A DNA stretch of 64,000 bases from Candidatus Heimdallarchaeota archaeon (GCA_019058275.1 JAHLVW010000036.1:1-64000), one strand, 5' to 3'; positions 8,705 through 19,277 are shown, numbered from the stretch's first letter. The notes: generated from the sequence alone by a model not told the origin. Program-made: numbers and translations.

Positions 8705-9505
8705 ATGGACGAACAATTTCCCCTTACAGACGAAGAAAAAAGAATGCTTGCCTTAAAGAAACAGCAGTTAATAGAAGCATCGCTTTATCTTGCAGGTAGA
8801 CCTGTACAACTACCTGAATTAGCGCAAGTAACAGGAATTGAAACTGGAGAGGTTGGTTCTCTTGTAAGAGAGCTGCAAGACAAATATCGACAATTCTTCA
8901 GCTGTTTTGAAATAATTGAATTACCGGGAAAGAAGTTTGTATTTCAGGTTAGAGCAGATATAGGTGAAAATGTAAAGGAAATCACTTTACAACCAATTTT
9001 AACTTTGGCTGAGTTGAGAACCTTAGCAATGATAGCTTATCAGCAACCAGTAATGCAGTCTGCTGTTGCCAAAGTTCGTGGACAACTATCCTATTCACAT
9101 ATTAAGAATCTAATAAGAAATGGTTTCGTAAAAGCAGCTCGAGTTAAGCAAACTTTAGAGTTACGAACAACTCCAATGTTCTCTGATTATTTTGGCTTAT
9201 CACATGATATAGGAGTACTTAAAAGACAATTGGGTTGGAGAACAAAACGAATAATAAAAGCAAAGAGAATAGAGGAAAGAGATACGCAATCAATAGATAC
9301 TTTCATGGAAAAAATGGGGTTGGATGATCAAGTAACTGAAGATGATACTTTACAAGATTTAGAATCAACAATTTCTATGGATAAAAATTCTGCTCGAGAA
9401 ATGTTTCCTTCAATGTTGGATGATTTAGAAGGACCAGATCCCTTTGATAAGGACGCTGATGATGAAATTGATGAAGTATTAAATGACGATTTTAATGAAA
9501 ATTAG
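8705..9505 (+). CDS. scpB: SMC-Scp complex subunit ScpB with acidic C-terminal tail
   Basis: IEASLYLAGRPV, LRTLAMIAYQQPV, RTTPMFSDYFGL. Confidence 0.9.
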   Translation: MDEQFPLTDEEKRMLALKKQQLIEASLYLAGRPVQLPELAQVTGIETGEVGSLVRELQDKYRQFFSCFEIIELPGKKFVFQVRADIGENVKEITLQPILTLAELRTLAMIAYQQPVMQSAVAKVRGQLSYSHIKNLIRNGFVKAARVKQTLELRTTPMFSDYFGLSHDIGVLKRQLGWRTKRIIKAKRIEERDTQSIDTFMEKMGLDDQVTEDDTLQDLESTISMDKNSAREMFPSMLDDLEGPDPFDKDADDEIDEVLNDDFNEN

Positions 9506-9563
9506 AGTGTAAAAAAAAGAAAAAAATGAAGGAGAAGCTGCTTCTCATCAAATTAATTCTCAA

Positions 9564-10261
9564 TCAATGAAATCTTGCAAAATCTCGAAACTCTTCAGCT
9601 TTTCTACGCTCAAGCAAACGCATTTCTACTTGACCCTTTGCTTTTAGAGAACTAAGATAAATTCTTTGAGTTTCTTCATCCATTGGCACATTATTCATCG
9701 AAAGCTCTAATTCATCTATTGGTATTCGTAATTTAATCATTTGATCTTTGATAGAAGAGATTTCATTTAATGGAAGAAGTAAATCTATATCTTCTTTGAA
9801 TTTGATTTTCTCAGCAAACTCTTCCAACCAGATGCCACCCAATACAAATACAGGTTCCCCACTTGGTAAAAAGACCATATTGACTATTTTCCCAAACTTG
9901 TTGTCATTAGAATCAAAAATTTTCACTCGTTTTAGGTTAGAGTATGTAAAGGCATTTTCTGGAATTGTACCTTCTTCCAATTTATGTCTTAGTTTATCCT
10001 TCTGAATATTGATCTTAATTGTATCATCAGTAATTTCTGTAATTGAATCGCATGGAATCACAGGATCAATATCATCAATGAACCCATTAATTCCCTTAAT
10101 TCTTCCCAACGACTACCACCAATAATAAATGAATGAAGTCTGTAGTTAGAATCAAAAACAACATCAATTATTCTTCCTACAACAAGACCATCTTGACTTA
10201 TTACACTTTTTTTTCGCAGATCAGAAATTGATCTATGTTTATCTAATTCACATAACCCCAA
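9564..10261 (-). pseudogene. tandem PRC-barrel protein split by a 1-nt frameshift (or a sequencing error)
   Basis: ORFs 10058-10261 and 9564-10109 join at ATG GGT TC ATT GAT GAT (~10080). Repeat 1 GGSRWEELRELMGxIDDIDPVIP aligns with repeat 2 GGIWLEEFAEKIKFKEDIDLLLP. Confidence 0.75.
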
Positions 10262-10452
10262 AATAAATCACAAATGAACATAAAAAGAATCTTTGCAATA
10301 AAACTTTCGTTTTAAATTAAAGTAATCTAATAGTAATTGCTAAACTGCTTCAATAATTACTTGTAATTCCTTTCAAAATGCTTTTATTTGTTAACAATTC
10401 CCAGAAATTATATCTATAGATAATAAAACTAACAAGAAAGGAGTCTAGTCAA

Positions 10453-11607
10453 ATGGGCCTTTTACTTGAATTTGAAGGAAAGAAAGTTTTCCAAAAAGCA
10501 GGCATACCATTGCTTCCTGGTAAAGTTGCGAAAAACTTGAAAGAAGCTTTAGCTGCTGCAGATGAATTGGGCTATCCTGTTGTTATCAAAGGACAAATTC
10601 TTCATGGAGGACGAGGAAAAGCAGGATTAATTAAAGTGGTGAAGGATAAGAAAGAGTTAGAAAAAGTAACTCCTAAGATCCTTAAAGGTACAATTAAGGA
10701 TATGAAAGTTCAAAATGTTTTAATTGAAAAAGCAGCAAAAATCGTTAATGAACTTTACATTAGTTCTATGTTTGATACCTATTCTCGAGAAATCATTTTC
10801 ATTATGAGTACAGAAGGTGGAGTTGATATTGAAGCAGTTGCAGAAGAAACTCCTGATAAAGTACGAAAAGAACGTTTTCCAATAGATTTTGCTTTCAAAT
10901 CTGATACTGCAAAAGATTTAGCTAAAAGTCTAGGATTCAAAGGTGACGAACTGAAACAACTTTCTGATATTCTTGTTAAAATGTGGGAAGCTATGCATAC
11001 AATGGACTTACAACTTGTGGAGATTAATCCACTAGCTGAATTAGATGGTGGTAAAATCATTGCTCTTGATTCTAAAGTAATCATTGATGATAATGCTATT
11101 TACAGAAACCCTCTCTATCAAGAATTTATGAATGAGAGAATCCCAGATGATCCATTAGAAGACAAAGCAGCAAGTTTTGATGTTGCTTTTGTTCGTCTCG
11201 ATGGTGATATTGGTATAATTGGGAATGGTGCTGGACTAGTTATGGGTACAGTTGATCTTATAGCTGAATTTGGTGGTCGACCAGCAAACTTCTTGGATGT
11301 TGGTGGTGGTGCCAGTACTGAGAGAGTTTTGAATGCTCTAAGTATTGTAAAAGCTGTAGGTGAAGAAGGTGAACCCATTGATGTTTTATTAGTAAACATC
11401 TTTGGGGGCATAACTAGATGTGATGATGTAGCTAAAGCAGTTATTGAAGTTCGAGATAAACTTGGACTTGAGATGCCTTTTGTTGTTCGATTAGTTGGTA
11501 CTAAACAAAAAGAAGGTATGGCTATTCTAGATAAAGCGGGAATGAACGCTTTTACTGAAATGGAACCTGCTGTTAAAAGAGCAGTAGAGATTGCTAAATC
11601 TAAATAA
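10453..11607 (+). CDS. sucC: succinate--CoA ligase (ADP-forming) beta subunit
   Basis: GGRGKAG, EGGVDIE, EINPL, GNGAGL, ANFLDVGGGA, NIFGGITRCD. Confidence 0.95.
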   Translation: MGLLLEFEGKKVFQKAGIPLLPGKVAKNLKEALAAADELGYPVVIKGQILHGGRGKAGLIKVVKDKKELEKVTPKILKGTIKDMKVQNVLIEKAAKIVNELYISSMFDTYSREIIFIMSTEGGVDIEAVAEETPDKVRKERFPIDFAFKSDTAKDLAKSLGFKGDELKQLSDILVKMWEAMHTMDLQLVEINPLAELDGGKIIALDSKVIIDDNAIYRNPLYQEFMNERIPDDPLEDKAASFDVAFVRLDGDIGIIGNGAGLVMGTVDLIAEFGGRPANFLDVGGGASTERVLNALSIVKAVGEEGEPIDVLLVNIFGGITRCDDVAKAVIEVRDKLGLEMPFVVRLVGTKQKEGMAILDKAGMNAFTEMEPAVKRAVEIAKSK

Positions 11608-11622
11608 TGGTGGGGTTAAAAA

Positions 11623-12489
11623 ATGAAAATTTTAGTAGATAAAGATACAAAAGTCCTTGTCCAAGGTATAACTGGAAATCAAGGTACGTTCCATACGATA
11701 GCAATGATGGAATATGGCACCAATGTTGTTGCCGGTGTTACTCCTAAAAGAGGGGGTCAAGAAGTTAATGGAGTCCCTGTTTATAATACTATAAAGGAAG
11801 CACAAGAAAAGCATCAAATTGATGCAACAGTTATCTTCGTTCCAGCAAAATTCACAAGTGGTGCTATCAATGAAGCTATTGACGCGGATATTCCACTGAT
11901 AGTTGTTATAACAGAACAGGTACCAGTATGGGATGTTGCAAGAGCTGTTATAAAAGCAAAAGAAAAAGGAATCACAATTATTGGACCAAATACACCTGGG
12001 ATAGTATCCACTGATGGTTGTAAATTAGGAATTATGCCTAATTCTATTTTCAAACTAGGAAATGTTGGTGTCATCGCACGAAGTGGAACATTATCTTATG
12101 AAGTTATCTGGAATCTGACAATAGAAGATTTAGGTCAGACTACCTGTATTGGCATCGGTGGTGATCCAAGTCATGGTTTGGGTTTTGTTGAAGGTCTTGA
12201 GATGTTTGAAAAAGATCCAAATACTAAAGCAATAGTTCTAATTGGTGAAATCGGTGGTACTGAAGAGGAACATGCTGCTGAATACATTAAAGATCATGTC
12301 TCAAAACCAGTTGTAGCTTTTATTGGTGGAAGACAAGCCCCTCCAGGTAAGAAAATGGGACACGCTGGAGCAATTGTTTCTGGTGGTAAAGGAACGGCTG
12401 TTTCAAAGATTAAAGTTCTTGAAGAAGCAGGTGTCAGTGTTGCCCGTTTACTCAGTGAAGTTCCTAAACTTGTAAAGAAGAAATTATAA
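11623..12489 (+). CDS. sucD: succinate--CoA ligase alpha subunit
   Basis: VQGITG, IGPNTPG, SGTLSYE, GEIGG, MGHAGA (phospho-His). Confidence 0.96.
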   Translation: MKILVDKDTKVLVQGITGNQGTFHTIAMMEYGTNVVAGVTPKRGGQEVNGVPVYNTIKEAQEKHQIDATVIFVPAKFTSGAINEAIDADIPLIVVITEQVPVWDVARAVIKAKEKGITIIGPNTPGIVSTDGCKLGIMPNSIFKLGNVGVIARSGTLSYEVIWNLTIEDLGQTTCIGIGGDPSHGLGFVEGLEMFEKDPNTKAIVLIGEIGGTEEEHAAEYIKDHVSKPVVAFIGGRQAPPGKKMGHAGAIVSGGKGTAVSKIKVLEEAGVSVARLLSEVPKLVKKKL

Positions 12490-12506
12490 TTCAATTTATA
12501 GAACAC

Positions 12507-12549
12507 AATCAAACCATTTACAAGGTTTGATTATCCCTTTCCCTTTTTT
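12507..12549 (+). terminator. hairpin plus T-rich tract after sucD
   Basis: AATCAAACC (12507-12515) / GGTTTGATT (12524-12532) followed by a pyrimidine/T tract. Confidence 0.55.
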
Positions 12550-12708
12550 CTCATTAGAATGTACTTTAATTGTTAGAATGAAAAGATTTTTTGATGATTA
12601 ATGCATGACTAGAAATGTGTATTAAATCACAAACCTTGAGAAATAGATTTATCAATTGATGTGAATAATACTTTATTAACTAAAATGATTACATTTAGGA
12701 GATAAACG

Positions 12709-13200
12709 ATGGCTTCAGAATGGGTTATGTACATATCTATTGTTGCAATAGGAGTTCTAGCTATTGCTGGCGTTACTCTTACATTTAATGCCATTAATAC
12801 TAATACGCTTGAAAATACCGTAGAGGTTGGCTTGAATGAAATTGTTAACACTGTTGCAGAAGAGCTAAAAAACATCCTTGAGATTGGGTTAAACACTGAT
12901 CCATTAACTCGAGTAGTTATTAATCGCACTCTGAATCTCCCAACAGGTTTATCAGGCCATGCTTATGAAGTCCATTTCAGAGTACTTCCCGGGGCAAAAC
13001 ATTGGTATATAGAGGTTGTTGATATAGATGATCCCGAAGTAGACAGCATTCCATATGAAACAACCATCCCTTGGAGAAATGTAACTCTTAGTAGTGCTGG
13101 AGGTACGGGACTACCAGTAATTTACAGTTATGAAACTCAGCATTTCCTGAGTTTTGTTAGAAATGAAGGTTCAGATGCCTTTAGAATAATAATTTGGTAA
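12709..13200 (+). CDS. pilin-like protein with N-terminal hydrophobic helix
   Basis: MASEWVMYISIVAIGVLAIAGV resembles a mature archaeal type IV pilin N-terminus; lies directly upstream of the pilus ATPase. Confidence 0.5.
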   Translation: MASEWVMYISIVAIGVLAIAGVTLTFNAINTNTLENTVEVGLNEIVNTVAEELKNILEIGLNTDPLTRVVINRTLNLPTGLSGHAYEVHFRVLPGAKHWYIEVVDIDDPEVDSIPYETTIPWRNVTLSSAGGTGLPVIYSYETQHFLSFVRNEGSDAFRIIIW

Positions 13201-13220
13201 TAAGATAGGTGTGCAGAAAA

Positions 13221-14771
13221 ATGACTGAGAAATTTCCGCAAGATGATGATAAATTCAAACCTGTTTCCTCAATTGAATCAGCTCCGCTATTGGAAGAGAC
13301 ATATCCATTAATTCCTCCTTTTAGTTATTGTTTGATTCAAACAGATCCCATCTCAAATAGAACTCAATATGTTGTTGTTGAAGTACCTTTAGAGCAGAAA
13401 GAAGAAGAGAAATTTGCAATCATAAAACAAATTCTTATTGAAGAATTAGATGTTGATTTCTCCCTTCTAAAGGAAAAGGATCGTGCAGCAGAATATCTAA
13501 GAAGAAAGGTCTTTGACATCGTTAAAGATTATAACTTAAAATTGAAAGAGGAATCATTTGATCGTATTTTGTATTATGTCCAGAGAGACTTGTTAGGTTT
13601 TGGTAAAATTGAACCTATGTTAAAGGATCATATGATTGAAGATATTTCTTGTGATGGTGTTGGTGTACCTCTCTATGTCTGGCACCGAAAGCATGAATCA
13701 ATTCCATCAAATATTGTTTTTGATGATGCTGAGGAACTGGATTCTTTTGTAATAAAATTAGCTCAAAGATCCGGTCGACATATTAGTGTTGCTAATCCTA
13801 TTGTTGACGCTTCATTAGCTGATGGCAGTCGTATTAACATTACCTATGGTAAAGAAGTCACACAAAGAGGATCAACTTTCACTATTCGTAAATTCAGATC
13901 AGATCCAATGACCATAACCGATTTAATTATGCTAAATACTATGGATCCATTGATTGGTGCATTTTATTGGTTCGTTATTGAGAATCGTCATTCAGTTATG
14001 ATTGCTGGTGGAGTTGCTTCAGGTAAAACAACATTACTAAATTGTATTTCAATGTTCATTCTTCCAGATGCTAAGATTGTCTCTATAGAAGATACTGCTG
14101 AAGTTAATCTTCCCCATGAAAATTGGATACCTTCCGTTGCGAGATTAGGATTTGGTGGTATTGAAAAGGATGGTCGAAAGAGAGGAGAGATCTCTATGTT
14201 TGATCTTCTTAAAGCTGCTCTAAGACAAAGACCTGACTACATTCTAGTAGGTGAAATCCGTGGTGAAGAAGCTTACATGTTGTTCCAATCTATGGCTACA
14301 GGTCATCTTGGTTTAGCAACAATTCACGGTGATTCAGTAGAATCAGTTATTCACAGGTTAGAATCAGAACCTATGAACATCCCAAGAACCTTACTACGTT
14401 CATTAGATATTGTATGTGTTCAAGCTAAAGTAAGACTTGGTGGAAAATTCATGAGAAGGACTGCAGCTGTAACAGAAATAGCGGGTGTTGATCCTGTTAC
14501 AAATGAATTACTTACAAATCCTATCTTCAAGTGGAATCCTCGAGAAGATAATTTCACTTTCTATGGCCGTTCATATATTGTTGAAAGAATTAGAGATCAA
14601 TTAGGTTGGTCAGACCAAAAATGCTGGGATGAAATTGAAAAGAGAAAAATTATTCTCCGCTGGATGGTTAAGAAGAAAATTAGACACTGGCAAGATGTAG
14701 CAACAATAATTCGAGAATATTATAGCAATCCACAGAAAACATATGAGCGAGCTAAGAGAGGATTGCTATAA
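13221..14771 (+). CDS. type II/IV secretion or type IV pilus assembly ATPase (FlaI/VirB11 family)
   Basis: IEDISCDG, TIRKF, Walker A GGVASGKTT, SIEDTAE, LRQRPDYILVGEIRG, TGH. ORF track starts at GTG 13209. Confidence 0.93.
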   Translation: MTEKFPQDDDKFKPVSSIESAPLLEETYPLIPPFSYCLIQTDPISNRTQYVVVEVPLEQKEEEKFAIIKQILIEELDVDFSLLKEKDRAAEYLRRKVFDIVKDYNLKLKEESFDRILYYVQRDLLGFGKIEPMLKDHMIEDISCDGVGVPLYVWHRKHESIPSNIVFDDAEELDSFVIKLAQRSGRHISVANPIVDASLADGSRINITYGKEVTQRGSTFTIRKFRSDPMTITDLIMLNTMDPLIGAFYWFVIENRHSVMIAGGVASGKTTLLNCISMFILPDAKIVSIEDTAEVNLPHENWIPSVARLGFGGIEKDGRKRGEISMFDLLKAALRQRPDYILVGEIRGEEAYMLFQSMATGHLGLATIHGDSVESVIHRLESEPMNIPRTLLRSLDIVCVQAKVRLGGKFMRRTAAVTEIAGVDPVTNELLTNPIFKWNPREDNFTFYGRSYIVERIRDQLGWSDQKCWDEIEKRKIILRWMVKKKIRHWQDVATIIREYYSNPQKTYERAKRGLL

Positions 14772-14842
14772 TAGTATCAATTTTGCTAAATCATGAAAGT
14801 TTAAATGTATAAAAGCTATGAATTAAAGAGGAAGGAAATTCA

Positions 14843-15718
14843 ATGAGTAAATCATTCAGAAGAATAGCATATCTGCGCCTTGGCAGAATTATTGAACCAA
14901 TTTTACCACGATTTAGTGAGCTTGGAAAAACTTTACAAAAAGCTGGTATGGACGTCAGCTTGAGGATGTATCTGGCAACAGCAGTTTTTACAACAGTTAT
15001 TGGTCTTATTCTAGGATTTCCTGTTGGTATAGGTATATTTTATGCTGTTAATCTTGAATTCAATGCTAATGTATGGATAGGAGCAATTGTAGTAGGTATT
15101 CTTGTACCGTTAGTAATTATGCTTGGTTTCTACATATATCCAAGTTATGTAACTAATAATCGCAAAAGAGCTTTGGAGTCATCTCTTCCAACAGCAAGTT
15201 CATTTTTAGCAGCAATGGCTTCTGCAGGTGTTGCACCAGATAAAGCTTTTATGGCTTTAGCTAATGAGAATATTCGGTTAGAGATAGCCAAGGAAGCTGA
15301 AAAAATAACAAGAAATATTGAAATTCTTGGTTATGATTTACTTTCAGCAATGGAATTTGCTGCTGAGAATTCTCCTTCGAAAGTATATGCTGCTTTCCTT
15401 GAAGGATTGGTTTCTGTAGTCACCTCTGGTGGTGACATGACTGCTTACCTAACAAATGAAACAAAGTCATTAATGCGAGATAAAATCAGAGAAGAGAAAG
15501 AATTTATCGAAGGTCTAGGTGTCATTGCAGAACTATTCTTAGTTATTGGAGTTGTAGCTCCGATTTTCTTTGTCATTATGCTTGCAGTGTTAGCAATCAT
15601 GGCTTCAGATTCAGGCAATCAAGGAACAGTTTTAATGACTCTATTAACCTATGTTCTGATACCGATAGGCATGTCAATTATAATTGTCTTAATTGATGGA
15701 ATGCAACCAACTGAATAA
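14843..15718 (+). CDS. type II secretion system F-family (TadC/FlaJ-like) membrane platform protein
   Basis: TM helices around LESSLPTASSFLAAMASAG...SPSK...SGGD; adjacent to the ATPase. Confidence 0.88.
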   Translation: MSKSFRRIAYLRLGRIIEPILPRFSELGKTLQKAGMDVSLRMYLATAVFTTVIGLILGFPVGIGIFYAVNLEFNANVWIGAIVVGILVPLVIMLGFYIYPSYVTNNRKRALESSLPTASSFLAAMASAGVAPDKAFMALANENIRLEIAKEAEKITRNIEILGYDLLSAMEFAAENSPSKVYAAFLEGLVSVVTSGGDMTAYLTNETKSLMRDKIREEKEFIEGLGVIAELFLVIGVVAPIFFVIMLAVLAIMASDSGNQGTVLMTLLTYVLIPIGMSIIIVLIDGMQPTE

Positions 15719-15758
15719 AAACAGAAATAGAAGGTATTACTACTTTTCTTTTTTTCAT

Positions 15759-16142
15759 TTATTGAATTCTTTGTATAAATTTTTCCTTGTTAACAACATG
15801 GCGTTCATGAATACCTTTGCCAATTTCATGTTCACTATCAAATGCTGAAACTTCAAAAACAAGATGTTTTCTATCAACAGATATTAGTTTAGCAATCACT
15901 CTTATCTCTGCTCCCTCTTTAGATGCTTTTAAATGTCTAATATCTACTCGAGTTCCAACAGTTATCCATCCTTCTGGCAGATGTTCTTGAGCAGCTAACA
16001 TAGCAGTATGTTCCATCATAAGAATCATAGATGGTGTTGATAATACAGCAACCTTGCCACTACCAAGAAAATCAGCAATATGTTTTTCTTCAACAAGATA
16101 CATCTCTATTTTTTCGATTCCTTCTGGTACATTAATTTCCAT
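15759..16142 (-). CDS. hotdog-fold thioesterase (FlK-like)
   Basis: GSGKVAVLSTPSMILMME, TVGTRVDIRHL, IGKGIHER. Confidence 0.88.
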   Translation of the reverse strand: MEINVPEGIEKIEMYLVEEKHIADFLGSGKVAVLSTPSMILMMEHTAMLAAQEHLPEGWITVGTRVDIRHLKASKEGAEIRVIAKLISVDRKHLVFEVSAFDSEHEIGKGIHERHVVNKEKFIQRIQ

Positions 16143-16220
16143 TGCTTACACCTATCTAAATTAAATAATCAATAAAAATAAGAAAAATTAGTATAGAGCG
16201 AGGAAAATGATCTTAATCCT

Positions 16221-16484
16221 CTATTGTAAAGCTCTAGTTTCTTTTACTGCTTGATGTTTCAAACATTTGTTACAAATGTAACCACCATATGGTCGGTTAG
16301 ATCGAACAGTGCTTTTTGCAGGACTGAAATTTCTTCGTAATAATTTTCTTTTAGAACTGGTAATTTTCTCGTTACAAATTGCACATCTACCTAAACCTGA
16401 TTTATTTGGCATCTTATGACCCTTAGATGGACTTTTTGGTGGTTTTCGCCAAACTTTTTTTGCGAAGCGTTCACTTGGTTTCAT
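16221..16484 (-). CDS. rpl34e: 50S ribosomal protein L34e (divergent)
   Basis: CAIC...RSNRPYGGYICNKC zinc motif. Confidence 0.85.
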   Translation of the reverse strand: MKPSERFAKKVWRKPPKSPSKGHKMPNKSGLGRCAICNEKITSSKRKLLRRNFSPAKSTVRSNRPYGGYICNKCLKHQAVKETRALQ

Positions 16485-16741
16485 GGTTCCACTGATCCTT
16501 TACAATCTTACTAATAATAAGCGGATTTTTTACTATTTTTGAATCTTGTGTTTACAATGGAGTTATAAGTTTTACTTTCTACTTGATATCATGATTAGAT
16601 AACTCGCATTTTTCTTTTAGTTTTACATCGAAAAGTATTTTTTTTCCTTATTTATTGAATAATAAGAAATCTTTTATTAAGTACTATTTGCCAATTATTC
16701 ATTAGAAGTAATGGTAATTAAAAAACAAGGAGAACATAAGT

Positions 16742-17326
16742 TTGGGTTGGTTAAGCTGGTTAAATCCCATTGGAGCATGGTTTGCACAAATCTTTGATGC
16801 AATTGGAGTTCTTCATATTCCAGGATCTACATATTTCATAATTCTCTTCAATATATTAATTGCAGTTCTGATGAGTTTACTCACTCGGGCTTTAATCGAC
16901 GTTGATAAAATTGGTCGACATCAAAAGGAAATAAAGGTTCATGGTAATAATAAGAAAAAAGCTATGGATACTGCAGATAAAAAGCTATGGCAAAAAGTCC
17001 AGAGAAGAGAAGAATATATTAAGAAAATACAAAGCGAAATGATGATCCAACAAATGAAACCAATGTTGATTTGGTTTATTCCAATAACAATGATTTTCTT
17101 CTTAATGAGATCAGCATTTCTGAATATACCTGTTGCGTGGATGCCGTTCAGATTTCCAGAGATTTGGATTATAATACAGAATCTCAAATACTATGGAAAT
17201 CTCACTTGGATGGGTTTTACTGGCTGGTACTTCCTTACTTCAATAGGTTTAGGAAATTATGTACGGCGGTTCATGAAAGCAACACCAGGTGGAACAGGTG
17301 TCTCACCGACAACTATGACTGTTTAA
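16742..17326 (+). CDS. EMC3/TMCO1/Get1-related (DUF106, Oxa1 superfamily) membrane protein
   Basis: TM1, coiled coil, QMKPMLIWFIP, then WYFLTS motif. Confidence 0.85.
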   Translation: MGWLSWLNPIGAWFAQIFDAIGVLHIPGSTYFIILFNILIAVLMSLLTRALIDVDKIGRHQKEIKVHGNNKKKAMDTADKKLWQKVQRREEYIKKIQSEMMIQQMKPMLIWFIPITMIFFLMRSAFLNIPVAWMPFRFPEIWIIIQNLKYYGNLTWMGFTGWYFLTSIGLGNYVRRFMKATPGGTGVSPTTMTV

Positions 17327-17328
17327 AT

Positions 17329-17364
17329 CCCACAGATTACCTGTGGGTTATCTTATTCTTTTTT
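17329..17364 (+). terminator. hairpin plus T tract after the DUF106 gene
   Basis: CCCACAG-ATTAC-CTGTGGG then TTATCTTATTCTTTTTT. Confidence 0.55.
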
Positions 17365-17434
17365 ATCAATTAACAGCGAAGCATAAAGGCAACACTTTTT
17401 AGCAAAGAGATACTGATTTAACTCTTGAAATAAA

Positions 17435-18370
17435 ATGACTGAAAGATCATTTCTTGGGAAGAGTATAGTCTCTATAAGAGACTTAGACAAAGAAGATTTG
17501 GATCTCATTTTGCAAGAAGCCGAAAAGATGGAAAAAATCATTCATTCTGGCAAGAAACCTCTTGATGGCAAAATTATGGCTGCTCTTTTTTTAGAGCCAA
17601 GTACTAGAACTAGATTAAGTTTTGAAGCTGCTATGCATCGTTTGGGAGGTTATGTAATAACTGTTTCAGACCCAAAATCTTCATCAGCAGCAAAAGGTGA
17701 AAGTCTCTCAGATACTATTAGAACTGTTGAGAATTATTCGGATATAATTGTAATTCGACATCCAATGGAGGGTTCTGCTCGTTTAGCAGCAGAATTTTCA
17801 AGTGTACCAATTATCAATGGCGGTAGTGGTTCAGAGGAACACCCAACACAAGCATTGTTAGACCTTTACACTCTGAAGAAAGAGTTGAAGAATATTAAAG
17901 GTAAAAGAATCGCAATTGTTGGTGACCTCAAGTATGGTAGAACTGTGCATTCATTAGCTTATTCTCTCTCGAAATATAAAGATGTGATAATTGATTTTGT
18001 TTCACCACCATCACTAAAGATCAGAGAAGAAATAAAATCAGACTTAACAGATGCTGGTATAGAATTTCACGAAGTTGAATCATTAAGTGAAGTCATAGCA
18101 AGAGTAGACTCAATTTACATGACAAGAATACAAAAAGAACGTTTTGCACAAGAGAGTGAATATGAAAAAGTGAAAGATGCATTTGTACTAACGAAGAAAT
18201 TACTAGAAAACACTAAAGGATCCATTCCTGTGCTACATCCACTACCAAGAGTTAACGAAATTTCTTATGATGTAGATGAAACCAATCATGCTGTATACTT
18301 TAAACAAATATTTAATGGAGTTCTAGTAAGAATGGCTTTACTAAACATGATACTTGGAGGTAAAATCTAA
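17435..18370 (+). CDS. pyrB: aspartate carbamoyltransferase catalytic subunit
   Basis: EPSTRTRLSF, KGESLSDT, HPTQALLD, GDLKYGRTVHS, TRIQKER, HPLPR. Confidence 0.97.
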   Translation: MTERSFLGKSIVSIRDLDKEDLDLILQEAEKMEKIIHSGKKPLDGKIMAALFLEPSTRTRLSFEAAMHRLGGYVITVSDPKSSSAAKGESLSDTIRTVENYSDIIVIRHPMEGSARLAAEFSSVPIINGGSGSEEHPTQALLDLYTLKKELKNIKGKRIAIVGDLKYGRTVHSLAYSLSKYKDVIIDFVSPPSLKIREEIKSDLTDAGIEFHEVESLSEVIARVDSIYMTRIQKERFAQESEYEKVKDAFVLTKKLLENTKGSIPVLHPLPRVNEISYDVDETNHAVYFKQIFNGVLVRMALLNMILGGKI

Positions 18371-18406
18371 TTACCAAAAGAAAGCTGAGTTTAGGAGTTA
18401 TATGAA

Positions 18407-18895
18407 ATGTCAAGTAACGAATTAAAAGTTTCTAAAATCAAAGAAGGTACAGTTATCGATCATGTAAATGCAGGTATGGCTCTAATTGTTCTCGAGATGC
18501 TTGGAATAACTGGAACAGAAGGAACGGTTGCAACATTGTCTATGAATGTTCCAAGTAAGAAGAGTACTAAGAAAGATATTGTTAAGATTGAGAAACGATT
18601 TCTCCATAGAAATGAAATTAACCAGATTGCTTTGATAAGCCCAAATGCAACTATAAATGAAATTAAGGATTATAAAGTTGTTAATAAATTCCAAGTTGAA
18701 TTGCCAGATGTTGTCATTGGCTTTCCTAAATGCATCAATCCGAGATGTATCACAAATGCACGAGAACCTCCAAAACAAACCTACTATGTTAAGAGTATAA
18801 ACCCACTAAAAATCAGATGCAAATATTGCAATATCGATATGAATCAAAGTGATGTTGTAAAACAACTAACAAAATTCCAAGGTTTAACTAAATAG
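18407..18895 (+). CDS. pyrI: aspartate carbamoyltransferase regulatory subunit
   Basis: GTVIDH, KDIVKIE, CINPRCIT...CKYC. Confidence 0.96.
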   Translation: MSSNELKVSKIKEGTVIDHVNAGMALIVLEMLGITGTEGTVATLSMNVPSKKSTKKDIVKIEKRFLHRNEINQIALISPNATINEIKDYKVVNKFQVELPDVVIGFPKCINPRCITNAREPPKQTYYVKSINPLKIRCKYCNIDMNQSDVVKQLTKFQGLTK

Positions 18896-18900
18896 TAAGA

Positions 18901-18945
18901 TAAATAGTAGCATTCCCCTTGTGGGAATATCTATTTACCTTTTTC
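18901..18945. terminator. hairpin between convergent pyrI and rpl38e
   Basis: TAAATAG..ATTCCC-CTTGT-GGGAAT..CTATTTA followed by a T tract. Confidence 0.45.
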
Positions 18946-18950
18946 TAAAA

Positions 18951-19145
18951 TTAAAGGTCAATAATTGGTATTGAAATTCTTGTTCGTATAGCTTCAGCTT
19001 CATTTACTGATACTTTGATAGTGTAGAGTCTTTTTTTGGTTCGGAATTTCATTTTTACGATATCACCAATTCTTTTCACTCTGCATTCAGTAGCTTGAGC
19101 AATTATTTCGTCTAGTTTTGATAAGTCTTTGATTTCAACGGGCAT
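18951..19145 (-). CDS. rpl38e: 50S ribosomal protein L38e
   Basis: MPVEIKD, ECRVKR, KMKFRTKKRLYTIKV. Confidence 0.88.
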   Translation of the reverse strand: MPVEIKDLSKLDEIIAQATECRVKRIGDIVKMKFRTKKRLYTIKVSVNEAEAIRTRISIPIIDL

Positions 19146-19277
19146 GATGTTCCCTTCTTATTTTTGATTTATACTACTCGTTCTTCATATTGCTGAGTAT
19201 TTAAGATTTTGTTTTAGAAAGAATTTTCAGTTCATAAAGATGTCTAAAAAAAAGAAAATTAAATCACTGTAGCATTA

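Noticed and set aside
12709-15718. Archaellum operon
   Set aside because: No archaellin, FlaH or FlaF/G; the membrane protein is about half FlaJ length
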